A DNA stretch of 64,000 bases from Nitrospirota bacterium (GCA_963733375.1 CAVTDB010000001.1:32268-96267); one strand, 5' to 3'; shown: positions 41,005 through 52,195, counted from the first letter of the stretch. The notes: generated from the letters alone by a model not told the origin. Made by a program: numbers and translations.

Positions 41005-42939
41005 ATGCATAAAATAACATTCCAACCAAACGGCAAGACCGTGGAGGCTAAAGAGGGCCAGTCCATCCTCCGGGCCGCAGGTACCCACGGCATCCATATA
41101 AATGCCACATGCGGCGGCAAAGGCAACTGCGGCAAGTGCCGGGTGATCCTGAAGGAAGGCAGAGTCCACTCCGAAGAGAGCGGGTTCCTGACCGAAAAAG
41201 AGCACTCCCAGGGCGTTCGGCTGGCCTGCCAGAGTTTTCCGGAGACGGACCTTGTAGTAGAAATCCCCCTTTCCTCCCAGATGCGGCGCGGGAGCAAGAT
41301 AGCCGCCGGCTCGAAGATCGAAGAGATCCAGAAGTCGGTTCAGAGGACTTGTGAAGGCGAGTTCAAGGCCATAACGAAAAAAATATTTTTGAGGCTCCCG
41401 CCGCCGAACCTGGACGACAACATCTCCGATACCGAGCGGATAAAGCGCGAACTCCTGAAACGGGGGCACGCGGCGGCGGAGATAAGGTTCAACCTCCACA
41501 TCTTAAGGAAGATGGGGGCCGCCCTGCGCGCGAAGGACTGGGCTGTGACGCTGACGCTTCTTTCGATGGGTAACGTCATCGAGGTGATGGACGTGCAGCC
41601 GGGAGACGCGGTAAAACCGCGTTACGGCGCCGCCGTGGACATTGGCACCACGTCCCTCGTAGTCTATTTAGTGAATATCCGTACCGGCAAGATCGAAGAT
41701 ATCGCGTCATCTTATAACCCGCAGGTCCGCTGCGGAGAGGACGTAATCTCCCGGATGATATACGCCTCGGAAAAGAACGGCCTTGACGAGCTGCGAGAGC
41801 TCGCCGTTGGCGCGGTGAACGATCTACTGATTTCCATGGCGAAAAAAAGGGGAATCGAACCTGATTGCATAGATACGATAATCGTCTCCGGCAATACGTC
41901 CATGACGCACCTGTTCTATGGCATTGATCCTTCCCATATCAGGGAAGAACCCTATATCCCCACGGCGACATTTTTTCCGATGATGCGCACGCACGCGCTG
42001 GGGCTTGGGATAAACGACTTCGGCGTCATATACGCCATGCCGTGCGTAGCCTCATATGTCGGGGGCGACATCACCTCCGGGATACTCGCATCCAAATTAT
42101 ACAAAAAGCCGGAGCTGACCCTGTTCATAGACATCGGCACGAACGGCGAGATAGTCCTTGGGAACTCGGACTGGATGGTTACCGCCGCGTGCTCCGCCGG
42201 GCCGGCGTTCGAGGGCGGCGGGGTGAAGTTCGGGATGCGGGCGATGAACGGCGCTATCGAGAAAGTATCGATAGACCCGGTCACGTTCGAGGTAAAAGTC
42301 GCCGTAATCGGGACCTGCCCGCCGTTAGGGAGCTGCGCCCCTATCGGCATCTGCGGCTCCGGGATGATAGACGCCGTGGCGGAGATGTTCCTGACCGGCG
42401 TAATCGACCAGCGCGGGAAGATAAACATGGACGCGGGGAGCGACAGGGTGCGGGTCGGCGAGGACGGCCCCGAGTTCGTGCTCGTCCGGGCCGGGGAATC
42501 CGGCTCCGAGAGGGACATCTCGCTCACCGAGCCGGACATAGACAATATCGTCCGGACCAAGGGAGCAATCTACGCCGGCTTCTCCACCCTGCTGAAAGAA
42601 GTCGGCTACACCTTCGCTGACGTGGAAAAAGTATATATCGCCGGCGGGTTCGGAAATTATCTGGATGTCGAGCGCGCCATAACTATCGGGCTTTTGCCGG
42701 ACATGCCGCTCGGCAGGTTCGAGTTCCTGGGCAATACGTCCATAATGGGAGCGTACATGGCGCTTCTGTCGAAGACACTCCGGAAGGACGTGGAAGATAT
42801 AGCCAGAAAGATGACGTATCTTGAACTCTCGGTCTCCCGGTCGTTCATGGACGAATACGTATCGTCGCTTTTCCTCCCCCACACTCACGCGGACCAGTTC
42901 CCGACGGTACGCAAGCTGATGGAATCCGTAAAAAAATAA
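41005..42939 (+). CDS. corrinoid activation/regeneration protein (RACo-like: plant-type [2Fe-2S] ferredoxin domain + ASKHA ATPase, DUF4445)
   Basis: 644 aa ORF with the N-terminal CGGKGNCGKCRV..LAC ferredoxin pattern. AAVDIGTTS and GNTSM are ASKHA phosphate motifs. Confidence 0.8.
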   Translation: MHKITFQPNGKTVEAKEGQSILRAAGTHGIHINATCGGKGNCGKCRVILKEGRVHSEESGFLTEKEHSQGVRLACQSFPETDLVVEIPLSSQMRRGSKIAAGSKIEEIQKSVQRTCEGEFKAITKKIFLRLPPPNLDDNISDTERIKRELLKRGHAAAEIRFNLHILRKMGAALRAKDWAVTLTLLSMGNVIEVMDVQPGDAVKPRYGAAVDIGTTSLVVYLVNIRTGKIEDIASSYNPQVRCGEDVISRMIYASEKNGLDELRELAVGAVNDLLISMAKKRGIEPDCIDTIIVSGNTSMTHLFYGIDPSHIREEPYIPTATFFPMMRTHALGLGINDFGVIYAMPCVASYVGGDITSGILASKLYKKPELTLFIDIGTNGEIVLGNSDWMVTAACSAGPAFEGGGVKFGMRAMNGAIEKVSIDPVTFEVKVAVIGTCPPLGSCAPIGICGSGMIDAVAEMFLTGVIDQRGKINMDAGSDRVRVGEDGPEFVLVRAGESGSERDISLTEPDIDNIVRTKGAIYAGFSTLLKEVGYTFADVEKVYIAGGFGNYLDVERAITIGLLPDMPLGRFEFLGNTSIMGAYMALLSKTLRKDVEDIARKMTYLELSVSRSFMDEYVSSLFLPHTHADQFPTVRKLMESVKK

Positions 42940-43162
42940 TAAAAGAGGCGGGGTTCCCTCTTCCGTCCGGTTGCTTCGGGGGGAGCATTCTCTGGCGAAA
43001 AATTATTATTCACAATTACGCGTCAACCGCATATTTCTATTTTACGTTCAACGATAATTTTTCTCCGAGAACACTCCCCCCTCTAAAAAATATTGCCCCA
43101 GCCTTTCGTTTTTGATATAATTCGTATACGAACTATTCGTATTCAACTGAAGGACCGGAAAA

Positions 43163-43599
43163 ATGTCCGCGAACACCGATTACCCCAAATACGATATAGA
43201 GCAAAATATCGGTTTTCTCCTGGCGAAGGCATACCAGCGCGGGTTTGCCATGTTCCGCGACAGGCTCCGGGCTACGGCATTACCCCGCCGCAGTTTTCGC
43301 TCCTGGCGTTCTTGTGGAAACAGGACGGCCTGTCCCAGACGGAGCTGTCGGAAAAGAGCCAGATAGACCGGGCGACCATGGTGGGGCTGGTGGACCGAAT
43401 GGAGGACGAGGGGCTGGTAAAACGCGAGAAACACGCCTCGGACCGGCGCGCCTGGCGCATCTGCCTCACTGAAAAGGGCAGGGCGTTCGAAGACGAGCTA
43501 TGTTCCATCGCTGCCGAGGTAACCGGGCGTCTCACCTCAAAACTCGGTGAGAGCGAAGTCCGGGAACTTAAAAAAATACTTTCAAAGATCAGGCGTTGA
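43163..43599 (+). CDS. MarR family transcriptional regulator, frameshifted at the G-run 43269-43271
   Basis: MSANTDYPKYDIEQNIGFLLAKAYQ.. joins ..YGITPPQFSLLAFLWKQDGLSQTELSEKSQIDRATMVGLVDRMEDEGLVKR, a winged helix. Confidence 0.85.
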
Positions 43600-43608
43600 C
43601 GGAGGGTA

Positions 43609-44697
43609 ATGATGCCGGAAGAGAAAAGCGAAGTCCCGGCGAAAAAAACCGGGCAACGGGAACAAGAAAAAGCGTGGTGCGGCCGTGATACTGCTGGCGC
43701 TGATCGTCATAGGCGGCTTCATCGGCATCAGGGTATATGCACTTTCCAAAATCCATGTGAACACCGACGACGCCTTCATCGACGCGCATGTTTACCAGGT
43801 CTCGGCACGGGTATCGGGATATGTGAAGCAGGTAAACGTGGACGACAACCAGATGGTGAAAAAGGGGGACCTGCTTGTATTGCTGGACCGGTCCGATTAT
43901 ATTACCGCGGTCAACGATGCAGCCGCGTCCTTGGACCTTGCGAAAAACGAAACTCACGGGGACGTGGCAAGCGTCGGCTCCGCCGAGGCCGCGGTAAACC
44001 TGGCGAAGTCCCGGTTAGACCTGGCCCGGAAGAATGATGCGCGCGGGAGAAATCCTGTTTAAAAAAGGGATAATCGCGAAGACAGGACCTGGACACGCTG
44101 GCAACGGATAAAAAGGTCGCCGCGGCATCGCTGAAAGACGCCGAGGACGCCCTGAAGAAAGCCGCCGCTACCGCCGGTTTTCTTGTCCCGGGCGGCGACA
44201 AGGCGAAGATAGCGCAGAAGGAGGCCCAGCTTGCGCAGGCGAAACTGAACCTGGACTACACCTCCATTGTCTCTCCCGCGGACGGCTATGTTACAAAAAA
44301 ATCGGTCGAACCGGGCAATAACGTGCAGCCGGGGCAGGCGCTTCTGGCCGTCGTGGAACTCAATAATACCTGGGTGACCGCAAACTACAAGGAGAGCCAG
44401 CTCACCTACGTCCGTCCGGGCCAGCCTGTGGATTTTACCGTAGATACCTATCCGAATATGAAGTTCAGGGGCAAAGTCGACAGCATAATGGCCGGCACCG
44501 GGGCGGCTTTTTCACTCCTGCCGCCGGAGAACGCGACGGGCAATTACGTAAAGATCGTCCAGAGAATACCGGTAAAAATCCTTATAGACCAGGCGAGCGA
44601 CCCGAACCATCTTCTCCGGGTCGGGATGAGCGTCGTACCTACGATAAACACCGGCAAATCCATTATGCAGGTCCTGCGGGACGCGGTTGGCATTTAG
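43609..44697 (+). CDS. emrA: HlyD/EmrA family efflux adaptor, at least three frameshifts
   Basis: N-terminal TM, then TDDAFIDAHVYQVSARVSGYV and a coiled coil, then TSIVSPADGYVTKK..NYVKIVQRIPVKI. The first shift resolves if the A7 run at 43642-43648 is read as A6. Confidence 0.85.
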
Positions 44698-44712
44698 CCG
44701 GGACTTAAATTA

Positions 44713-46260
44713 ATGGCTGAGCCCAAAAAAGTAAATAAGTGGCTTGTCACCCTCGCGGTGATGCTCCCCACGCTGATGGAGATCATCGACACCTCCGTCG
44801 CAAACGTCGCCCTGCCGCATATGCAGGGAAGTTTCAGCGCCGGGGCGGACGAGATAACGTGGGTCCTGACCAGCTACCTTGTCAGCAACGCGGTGGTGCT
44901 CCCGATGACCGGCTGGCTGGGCAGCGTCTTCGGAAGGAAAAGGTTCCTCATCTCCTGCATCACGCTTTTCACCATCGCGTCTTTTCTTTGCGGCGCGGCC
45001 CCGAACCTCGGCATGCTGATATTCTTCCGCGTGCTCCAGGGCGCGGCGGGCGGGGCGCTTCAGCCGATGAGCCAGGCGATAATGCTGGAGACGTTCCCGA
45101 CATCGGAGCGGGGATTAGCCATGGCCATATTCGGCGTAGGCGCCATGTTCGGCCCCATTATCGGCCCGGCGCTCGGAGGCTGGATAACGGACAACATAAG
45201 CTGGCGCTGGATATTCTACATCAATATCCCGACAGGCTTCGTAGCCGTGATCATGGCGAAGTACTTCGTGTTCGACCCGTCGTACATAAAGAAGAAAGTC
45301 ATGAGCATCGACTACATCGGCCTCGGTCTTTTAGTGGTGGGCATGGGTGCGCTCCAGGTAGTGCTGGACAAGGGCGAGCGGGAGGACTGGTTCAGCTCGC
45401 CTTTCATCGTTATTTTTGCGGCCGCGGCTATTATCGCGATTATCAGCCTCATATATTACGAGCTTCACCACGAGCACCCGATAGTCCATCTGAGGCTTTT
45501 CAAGGACAGGTCCTTCGCGGCCGGAAACTTCCTGATGTTCATGTTCGGTTTCTGCCTGTACAGCACCATCACGCTCATCGCGCTCCTGCTGCAGACGCTG
45601 ATGGGTTATGACGCGACGCTGGCCGGGATGGTGCTGGCTCCCGGAGGTATCGCGACTCTTCTCACGATGCCCATAGTGGGCGTGGCGCTGAAGAAATACG
45701 ACGGGAGGAAGATAGTTTTTGCCGGCCTTATTATCGGTTCGACCGCGCTTTTCCAGATGAGCCGGTTTACCCTTGACGCGTCCTACTGGACCTTCGTATG
45801 GCCGCGCGTCGTGCTCGGCATGGGGCTCGCCATGATATTCGTGCCGCTTACCACCCTCACCTTCGCGTCCATCCCGAAAGAGGAGATGGGGAACGCGACG
45901 GGGTTTTTTAACCTGCTCCGGAACATGGGCGGCGGCATCGGCATTGGCATTTCGGCGACGATCCTGCAGAGGTATTCGCAGTTCTACCAGAACGTGCTGG
46001 TAACTCACGTGAACCCGTACAACCCTGTATTCCAGCGGAATTTCAACCAGATGAAGGCGGGACTTATAGCGAAGGGCGTAGCGCCGACGGCCGCGGGACC
46101 CAAGACGCTGGCCCTGCTTTACGCGCAGATCCAGAGGCAGGCGGGGATGCTGGCATATAACCGCGTATTTTTTATATTATGCATCGCGTTCGTTTCAGTA
46201 ATCCCGTTCCTGCTTCTGCTGAAACGCGCGAAGGGAGAGGGCCCGGCGGGAATGCATTAA
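44713..46260 (+). CDS. emrB: DHA2-family MFS multidrug efflux transporter (EmrB/QacA)
   Basis: 515 aa ORF, about 14 TM, with IDTSVANVALPHM and LGSVFGRKR motifs. Confidence 0.92.
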   Translation: MAEPKKVNKWLVTLAVMLPTLMEIIDTSVANVALPHMQGSFSAGADEITWVLTSYLVSNAVVLPMTGWLGSVFGRKRFLISCITLFTIASFLCGAAPNLGMLIFFRVLQGAAGGALQPMSQAIMLETFPTSERGLAMAIFGVGAMFGPIIGPALGGWITDNISWRWIFYINIPTGFVAVIMAKYFVFDPSYIKKKVMSIDYIGLGLLVVGMGALQVVLDKGEREDWFSSPFIVIFAAAAIIAIISLIYYELHHEHPIVHLRLFKDRSFAAGNFLMFMFGFCLYSTITLIALLLQTLMGYDATLAGMVLAPGGIATLLTMPIVGVALKKYDGRKIVFAGLIIGSTALFQMSRFTLDASYWTFVWPRVVLGMGLAMIFVPLTTLTFASIPKEEMGNATGFFNLLRNMGGGIGIGISATILQRYSQFYQNVLVTHVNPYNPVFQRNFNQMKAGLIAKGVAPTAAGPKTLALLYAQIQRQAGMLAYNRVFFILCIAFVSVIPFLLLLKRAKGEGPAGMH

Positions 46261-46592
46261 GCTATTCCAACTTTCTTGATCGTCTTGACCTGAAGCACCG
46301 TATATTTCCCGCGCTCGACGCCGGTCTTCTCTTTCAGCGTCCCGGTTACAACGGCCCGCTGTCCTTTATACTGCCGCATATTCGTGTCGCCGGGGTCCAG
46401 CTCTATCTGCTTGAATATCCTTCCGCCCACCGCCGTCTCGAAATCCAGGACCAGCGCCCAGCCCGTCGTCTCTCCGCCGATGGCCATCACCTGCCGCACC
46501 GTGCCGGAAAGTTGCAGCTCTTCGGGCGCCTTGTCCGCGAAAGCGGCAGTGGCAAAAAGGGCAATACACATAAACGTAATTAAATATTTCAT
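46257..46592 (-). CDS. hypothetical small secreted protein
   Basis: 111 aa ORF with signal peptide MKYLITFMCIALFATAAFA. Its ATG overlaps the radA stop. Confidence 0.55.
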   Translation of the reverse strand: MKYLITFMCIALFATAAFADKAPEELQLSGTVRQVMAIGGETTGWALVLDFETAVGGRIFKQIELDPGDTNMRQYKGQRAVVTGTLKEKTGVERGKYTVLQVKTIKKVGIA

Positions 46593-47956
46593 TGCAGCAC
46601 CGCCTCCAGGGCCTCGTCGGCCTGCTCGACGCCAATAAGCTCAATCCCCTTCACCTTGTGCATTTTCGAGAGGTTCGCCGCGGGCAGGACGCACCGCTCA
46701 AACCCAAGCTTCGCCGCCTCGTACGCGCGCATCTCCGCCTGGCCTATCGCCCGCACTTCTCCGCCCAGGCCCACCTCGCCCATCACCACGGTCCGCGCGG
46801 ATACCGGCACGTCCTTGAACGCCGAAGCCACAGCCGCCATCAGCCCCAGGTCCACGGACGGCTCGTCCACCTTCAGGCCGCCGACCACGTTCACGTACAC
46901 GTCCTGCCCCATCAGGTGCAGGCCGACACGCTTTTCCAGCACCGCAAGCAGAAGCGTAAAGCGCCCGAAGTCCACGCCGATTGCCGTGCGGCGGGGGTTG
47001 CCGAACGTCGTGGGCGTAACCAGCGCCTGAAGCTCCGCCATGATGGGCCGCGTCCCCTCCACCGTGGACACCACGACAGAGCCGGTCACGTCGCTCCTTC
47101 GCTCCGCCAGGAAAATCTCCGAGGGGTTCTTCACCTCTTTCAGGCCCGCGCCCTTCATCTCGAACACGCCTATTTCATTGGTCGAGCCGAAGCGGTTTTT
47201 AACCGCCCTGAGTATCCTGAACGCATGGCCACGGTCGCCTTCGAAGTACAGCACCGTGTCCACCATATGCTCCAGCACGCGCGGCCCGGCGATGGAGCCG
47301 TCCTTTGTCACGTGCCCCACGATGAAGACCGGCGTCCCCGTCTTCTTTGCGAACGCGACCAGTTGCCCCGCGCCCTCGCGCACCTGGGATATGCTGCCCG
47401 GCGCGGACGAGATGCTTGCCGTGTAAAGCGTCTGGACGGAGTCCACCACGAATGCGTCCGGCTTCACGTCCGCCGCGTGGCGCAAAATGTCCTCAAGGTT
47501 GTTCTCCGCAAGGACGTATAGCCCGTCCGAGCTGCAACCGAGCCTTTCGCCCCGGAGCTTTATCTGGCGCGGGGACTCCTCGCCGGAGCAGTACAGCACG
47601 CGCTTCCCGCGCCTCGCCAGCTCGTCCATCGCCTGTAGCATCAGCGTAGATTTCCCGATGCCGGGGTCGCCTCCGACCAGCACGACGGAGCCTTTCACGA
47701 TGCCGCCGCCAAGCACGCGGTCAAGCTCTCCGATGCCGACGGAATCCCGGTGCTCGCCCTCGCTATGTATCTCTCCGATTGGCGTGGGGCGGCCCTTCGC
47801 GGTGTCGATATACTGCGCCGCTATCCCGCGCTGTGGCGGGGCTTCGCGCTCCTCGACCATCGTGTTCCATCCGCCGCACTCCGGGCACTTCCCCATCCAT
47901 TTCGGGGACATCGAGCCGCAGGCCTGACACGCGAAAAATGTTTTTTCTTTAGGCAT
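46589..47956 (-). CDS. radA: DNA repair protein RadA/Sms
   Basis: 455 aa ORF with a CxxC..CxxC zinc finger, the GDPGIGKST Walker A, KNRFG and a Lon-like C-terminus. Confidence 0.96.
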   Translation of the reverse strand: MPKEKTFFACQACGSMSPKWMGKCPECGGWNTMVEEREAPPQRGIAAQYIDTAKGRPTPIGEIHSEGEHRDSVGIGELDRVLGGGIVKGSVVLVGGDPGIGKSTLMLQAMDELARRGKRVLYCSGEESPRQIKLRGERLGCSSDGLYVLAENNLEDILRHAADVKPDAFVVDSVQTLYTASISSAPGSISQVREGAGQLVAFAKKTGTPVFIVGHVTKDGSIAGPRVLEHMVDTVLYFEGDRGHAFRILRAVKNRFGSTNEIGVFEMKGAGLKEVKNPSEIFLAERRSDVTGSVVVSTVEGTRPIMAELQALVTPTTFGNPRRTAIGVDFGRFTLLLAVLEKRVGLHLMGQDVYVNVVGGLKVDEPSVDLGLMAAVASAFKDVPVSARTVVMGEVGLGGEVRAIGQAEMRAYEAAKLGFERCVLPAANLSKMHKVKGIELIGVEQADEALEAVLQ

Positions 47957-47959
47957 TAT

Positions 47960-49100
47960 GTTTTCCTATAGCTTGTCGCCATTTCTTTAATCATTTCTTG
48001 AAATACTTCAAATTCTGTATCGAAATCTATTATATATTTAAAATCATGTCTTTATTGGCAAACAACATTAAGCTTCATTATCTCATTCTGGTAAATTTTT
48101 ATGCATTCGCAATTTCCGCTACATTTTATAACAATACTAATGGAAACCATCCTCAGTAATTAGATCTATATTCATGAACTGCCAAAGCTACGATGAAATG
48201 AAAACTGTGAATCTAATAAATGTAATTACTTATAGATTTTTTAACTACAGTCTATCAAGTGTTCTAATGGGTTTTTCATGAAATGACCATTCGGATATCT
48301 TTATCATAAAATGAAAGCCTAGATCAGTTAAATGCATACATAACTGGTCAACTTCACAAATGTCGGAAACATAAATTTATTTATTATAGCAGATGATCGA
48401 CATAATCTTCTTCGTACATATAGATTCTACAAATAGGAGATTTACAAGTTCGATTAATATGTTAACTACTCGATTAATTAATAAACGAATCTTATTAATT
48501 TACTCAATGGAAAGTTTTTAAAAAATCATCGATATTAATTAAGGAATTCAGTGGACAAAAGATTTTTAAAAACAAGGAATTTGTGATATGATACTATTTC
48601 TTAAATTAATCTGATTTCATTGATGAGCTTTAATTCTTTTATCAGATTTTTCAAATATATTTTGAAAATCGCATTCTAATTTTCACAATGTAAATTTCGC
48701 ATTTTCATTACATTGCCAATATTATCATTATTATCTTTCATGCTTCGTCTCGTATTATATAACATTTTAAGTAATGGAGCAAAATATATTTAAATACTTA
48801 AAATTAATTAAGTAAGATACTTTTTCTAGATGCATTTACTGCTTATATGACTAGAATCGAAAATGATCATAAATATAACTGGCTAAGTGCTGTTTTTATC
48901 ATGAATTTACCAAATAGTCGAATAGTATGATTTCAATTATATAACTTATAAATCAAATGTAACCTATTGGGCATAAATCTTCAATTAGTTCTAATTGCTA
49001 ACACTATCATCTAAATTGATACTTATTGATTTGACTTTACTGCTCGATTTTTTCTCTTCACTTAAAATTGATAATCTATTAGACATTATTTTCCTTAATT
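47960..49100. other. AT-rich block 3: 1.15 kb without any substantial ORF
   Basis: A hand count of 48001-48060 gives 13/60 G+C, against 38/60 for 47401-47460. Within 47972-48994 the track lists no ORF of 60 aa or more on either strand. Confidence 0.7.
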
Positions 49101-49103
49101 TCT

Positions 49104-50215
49104 TTAATACTCCCTCCCTACCCGCTTGCTCACACTGCAAAGCACCTCATACGAAATCGTATCGAGTAAGCCCGGCGACTTCTTCGGCGGTGATTTGTTC
49201 ATTGCCCTGCTGGCCGATGATTACCGCCTCGTCATAGACCTTCGCATTGGGGACTTCGCTTACGTCCACCATTATCATGTCCATGCAGACGGTGCCGACG
49301 ATGGGACAGCGTTTCCCGCCGATGAGCACGCTCCCGCGGTTGCTTAATTTGCGGTTAAGCCCGTCCGCGTACCCGATGGGGAGAGTGGCGATTAAGCTTT
49401 CCTTTTTCGTGTAGAACGTCCGGCCGTAGCTTATCGGCGTATCCGGCCCGACTTTTTTTATGTGCATGATTTTCGTCTTCAGGCTCATCACGGGCTTGAA
49501 GGTTCACTTTGCCGCGCATCTCTTCGGACGGATAACAGCCGTAGAGCATTATGCCGGGGCGCACCATGTTGAAATGCGCGGCGGCGAAATCTATCACGGC
49601 GGCGCTCCCGGACGCGTGCGCGAGAGGTATCTCTACCCCCTCTGCCCGGAGGCGCTCCACAACCATCTTGAACCGCTCCACCTGCATCTCGGCGAAAGAT
49701 TTATCCGGCTCACTCACGTCCGAGAGGTGCGTCATAAGACCCTCTACCCTCAGCCCCGGCATCTTCGATATGAGCAGGACGAAATCCACCGAGTCCTCCG
49801 GCATGACCCCGACGCGGCTCATTCCCGTATCGATTTTCACGTGCACGGGCAGGGTTTTGCCCGCGCGGGTGGCCGCCTCGGAGAACGCTTCCGCCAGTAC
49901 CGCGGTATAAATCACGGGGGTAAGGTTATATTCCAGAAGGTCATCCACCTGGTGCTCGAACACTCCGCCCAGGACGAGTATTTCCGAATTTATCCCGGCG
50001 GCTCGAAGCTCGACACCCTCCTCTACAAGGGCCACGCCAAGCATGTCCACGCCCTCGGAAACGAGCCGCCTCGCGCACTCGACCGCGCCGTGCCCGTATG
50101 CGTCCGCCTTCACCACGCCCAGAACTTTGCCCCCACCGGCGCACCGGCGCACTTCGCCCAGGTTATGCGCCAGGGCGGACAGGTCTATATGTGCGGTTGT
50201 GGGACGGCCAGTCAT
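49104..50215 (-). CDS. alr: alanine racemase, two frameshifts (about 49490 and about 49165)
   Basis: VVKADAYGHG (PLP Lys) in 49355-50215 and PIGYADG..GTVCMDM in 49147-49491. The manually found tail SYEVLCSVSKRVGREY* ends at 49104. Confidence 0.9.
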
Positions 50216-50235
50216 TTTAATACCTCTCCAAAAAA

Positions 50236-50296
50236 ATCAGGGAGGACACGCGGGTCCTCCCCTACAGTTCTGTAGGGGCCGACCCATTCGTGTCGG
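50236..50296. repeat. cluster of GC-rich hairpins (REP-like) in the divergent intergenic region
   Basis: GGGAGGAC-N6-GTCCTCCC, CTACAG-tt-CTGTAG and GGGCCGAC-N8-GTCGGCCC occur back to back. Confidence 0.5.
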
Positions 50297-50414
50297 CCCT
50301 TTAATTTAATGATGTCTCAACTTTATACTCCTTCCCTCCCCCATTCGCAACATAATTTTGATTATCCCCTCAATTTTATTGACTTTAAACGCGGTTTCAC
50401 GTATGCTTCCAGGG

Positions 50415-51408
50415 ATGGAAAGAGCAGGTTTCACCACTACCGTCCCCGTGGAAGTAATCCTCGCCGCAGGGCTTATACCGGTCGATTTAAATAACGTCTT
50501 CATAACCTCCGACGACCCCGGCGATACCGTTGACCGCGCGGAGGCTATCGGCTTCCCGAGGACGACCTGCGGCTGGATAAAGGGGCTGTACCTCTCGGCG
50601 AAGGAGATGGGCATAGAGCAAATCGTCGCCGTCACGCAGGGCGACTGCTCGAATACCCATGCCCTGATGGAACTCTGGCAGGCGGACGGACTACAGATTA
50701 TCCCGTTCGCCTATCCGTACGACCGGGACGCGGACCTTTTGCGCCTCCAGATACATAAGCTCATGGACGCTTTGGGCGCAAGCGAGGAGCGGACGCTGAA
50801 AATTTTTCGTGAGCTGATTCCGTTAAGGCGGAAACTCCGCGCGGCTGGACGAGATGACTTGGAGGGACGGTAAAGTCACTGGCGCGGAGAACCACGTCTG
50901 GTTAGTGTCGGCAAGCGATTTCGACGGCGACCCCGGCAAGTTCGAGGCGCGGCTGGATACATTTTTAGACGAGGCCGGACGCCGCGAGCCTCTGCCTGAA
51001 AATGTCGTGCGGCTTGGTTACATCGGCGTGCCGCCGATTTTTTCCGACCTCCACGAAGTTGCGGAAAAGGCGGGTGCGCGGGTAGTTTTAAACGAGGTGC
51101 AAAGACAGTTCTCCATGCCGTATGAAACAGGCGATATATATGAGCAGTACGCTCGGTACACATACCCGTACGACGTCTTCGGGCGCATCCGGGACATTAA
51201 GGAGCAGATGACGCTTCGCCGCATGGACGGCATCATACATTACTGCCAGAGCTTCTGCTTCCGGGCAATCGAAGACCTGATACTGAGGCGGGAAGTCAAA
51301 ATCCCGGTGCTGACAATCGAAGGGGACCGCCCGGGCCCGGTGGACGCGAGGACGCGCATCAGGCTGGAAGGATTTATCGAAATGTTAAGGGACAGGCTTC
51401 TAAAATGA
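50415..51408 (+). CDS. 2-hydroxyacyl-CoA dehydratase family protein (HgdB/BcrC/YjiM-like), frameshifted near 50850
   Basis: TTVPVEVILAAGLIPV, ..QGDCSNTH.. and ..IIHYCQSFCFRAIE.. form the Cys-containing family pattern across ORFs 50358 and 50854. Confidence 0.75.
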
Positions 51409-52162
51409 AACGCTGCGGGATGGATTTAGGGTCGAGGCAGGTGAAGCTCGTCTTGATCGAGGACGGCGTCGCCGTACTCAAAAAAAGCTTCGACACCGCC
51501 GCGTTTTACCGCGAATACGGGAGGACTAAGGACGGCGAACTTTCCGTCGGGCTATCTCAAGCTCGGCCTGCCTGAGGATGTCCCGCTTACGGTAACAGGC
51601 TATGGCAGAAACGCCGTAAAGGTAAAGGGCGCGCAGGTCATCTCCGAGGTGAAGGCGCACGCTCTGGGCGCGGTATTCCAGACCGGGCTTATGGGCTTTG
51701 TCCTTTTGGATATCGGCGGCCAGGACACCAAGGTGGTCAAGGTATCCGGCGGCAGGATGGAAGACTTCACGATGAACGACAAATGCGCGGCCTCGTCCGG
51801 GCGCTACATAGAGAACATGGCGAACGTCCTGGCCATGCCCCTGGACGAAATTTCACGTTACTCAGCGAAGTCCCGTCCACCTCTCGGCCACCTGCGCCAT
51901 ATTCGGGGAGAGCGAGATAATCCAGAAGATGACCGAAGGGAAGCTTCCGGAGCATATCGCCGCGGGAATAAACCTGACCGTCGTGAAGCGCGTCCTGCCG
52001 ATGCTGGCCCGGTACCCGGAGGGGCCGGTAGTCTTTGCCGGAGGGGTGGCCAGGAATGCGGCGGTAGCTTATTTCATCAAGGCAAAGACGGGCCGCGACC
52101 TGGTGACCGTCCCCGACCCGTTATTCAACGGGGCTATCGGCTGCGCGATATTCGATAAGTAA
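51405..52162 (+). CDS. BcrAD/BadFG/HgdC-type activator ATPase (YjiL-like), at least two frameshifts
   Basis: MKRCGMDLGSRQVKLV (ASKHA phosphate 1), LDIGGQDTKV, NDKCAASSGRY ([4Fe-4S] Cys) and FAGGVARN. The ATG overlaps the upstream stop (ATGA). Confidence 0.8.
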
Positions 52163-52166
52163 TTTC

Positions 52167-52195
52167 TTGCAAACCGGGCTTCACCTGTATATAAT
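52167..52195 (+). promoter_or_regulatory. sigma70-like promoter upstream of the radical SAM gene
   Basis: TTGCAA - 17 nt - TATAAT (52167-52172 and 52190-52195). Confidence 0.5.

Noticed and set aside
41840-41870. The tRNA-like string GGGGAATCGAACC.
   Set aside because: It lies in-frame inside the RACo-like CDS (..KKRGIEPDCIDT..). There is no acceptor or anticodon arm context. No tRNA or rRNA was recognised anywhere in the window.
47960-49100. The AT-rich ORF-less block as a replication origin (oriC).
   Set aside because: I found only one near-match to a DnaA box (ATTTTCACA, about 48678), no box cluster, and no dnaA/dnaN/gidA-type neighbours.
48995-49237. The 80 aa plus-strand ORF spanning the AT-rich block and alr junction.
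   Set aside because: It is low-complexity, has no RBS, and its 3' half is antisense to the recovered alr C-terminus.
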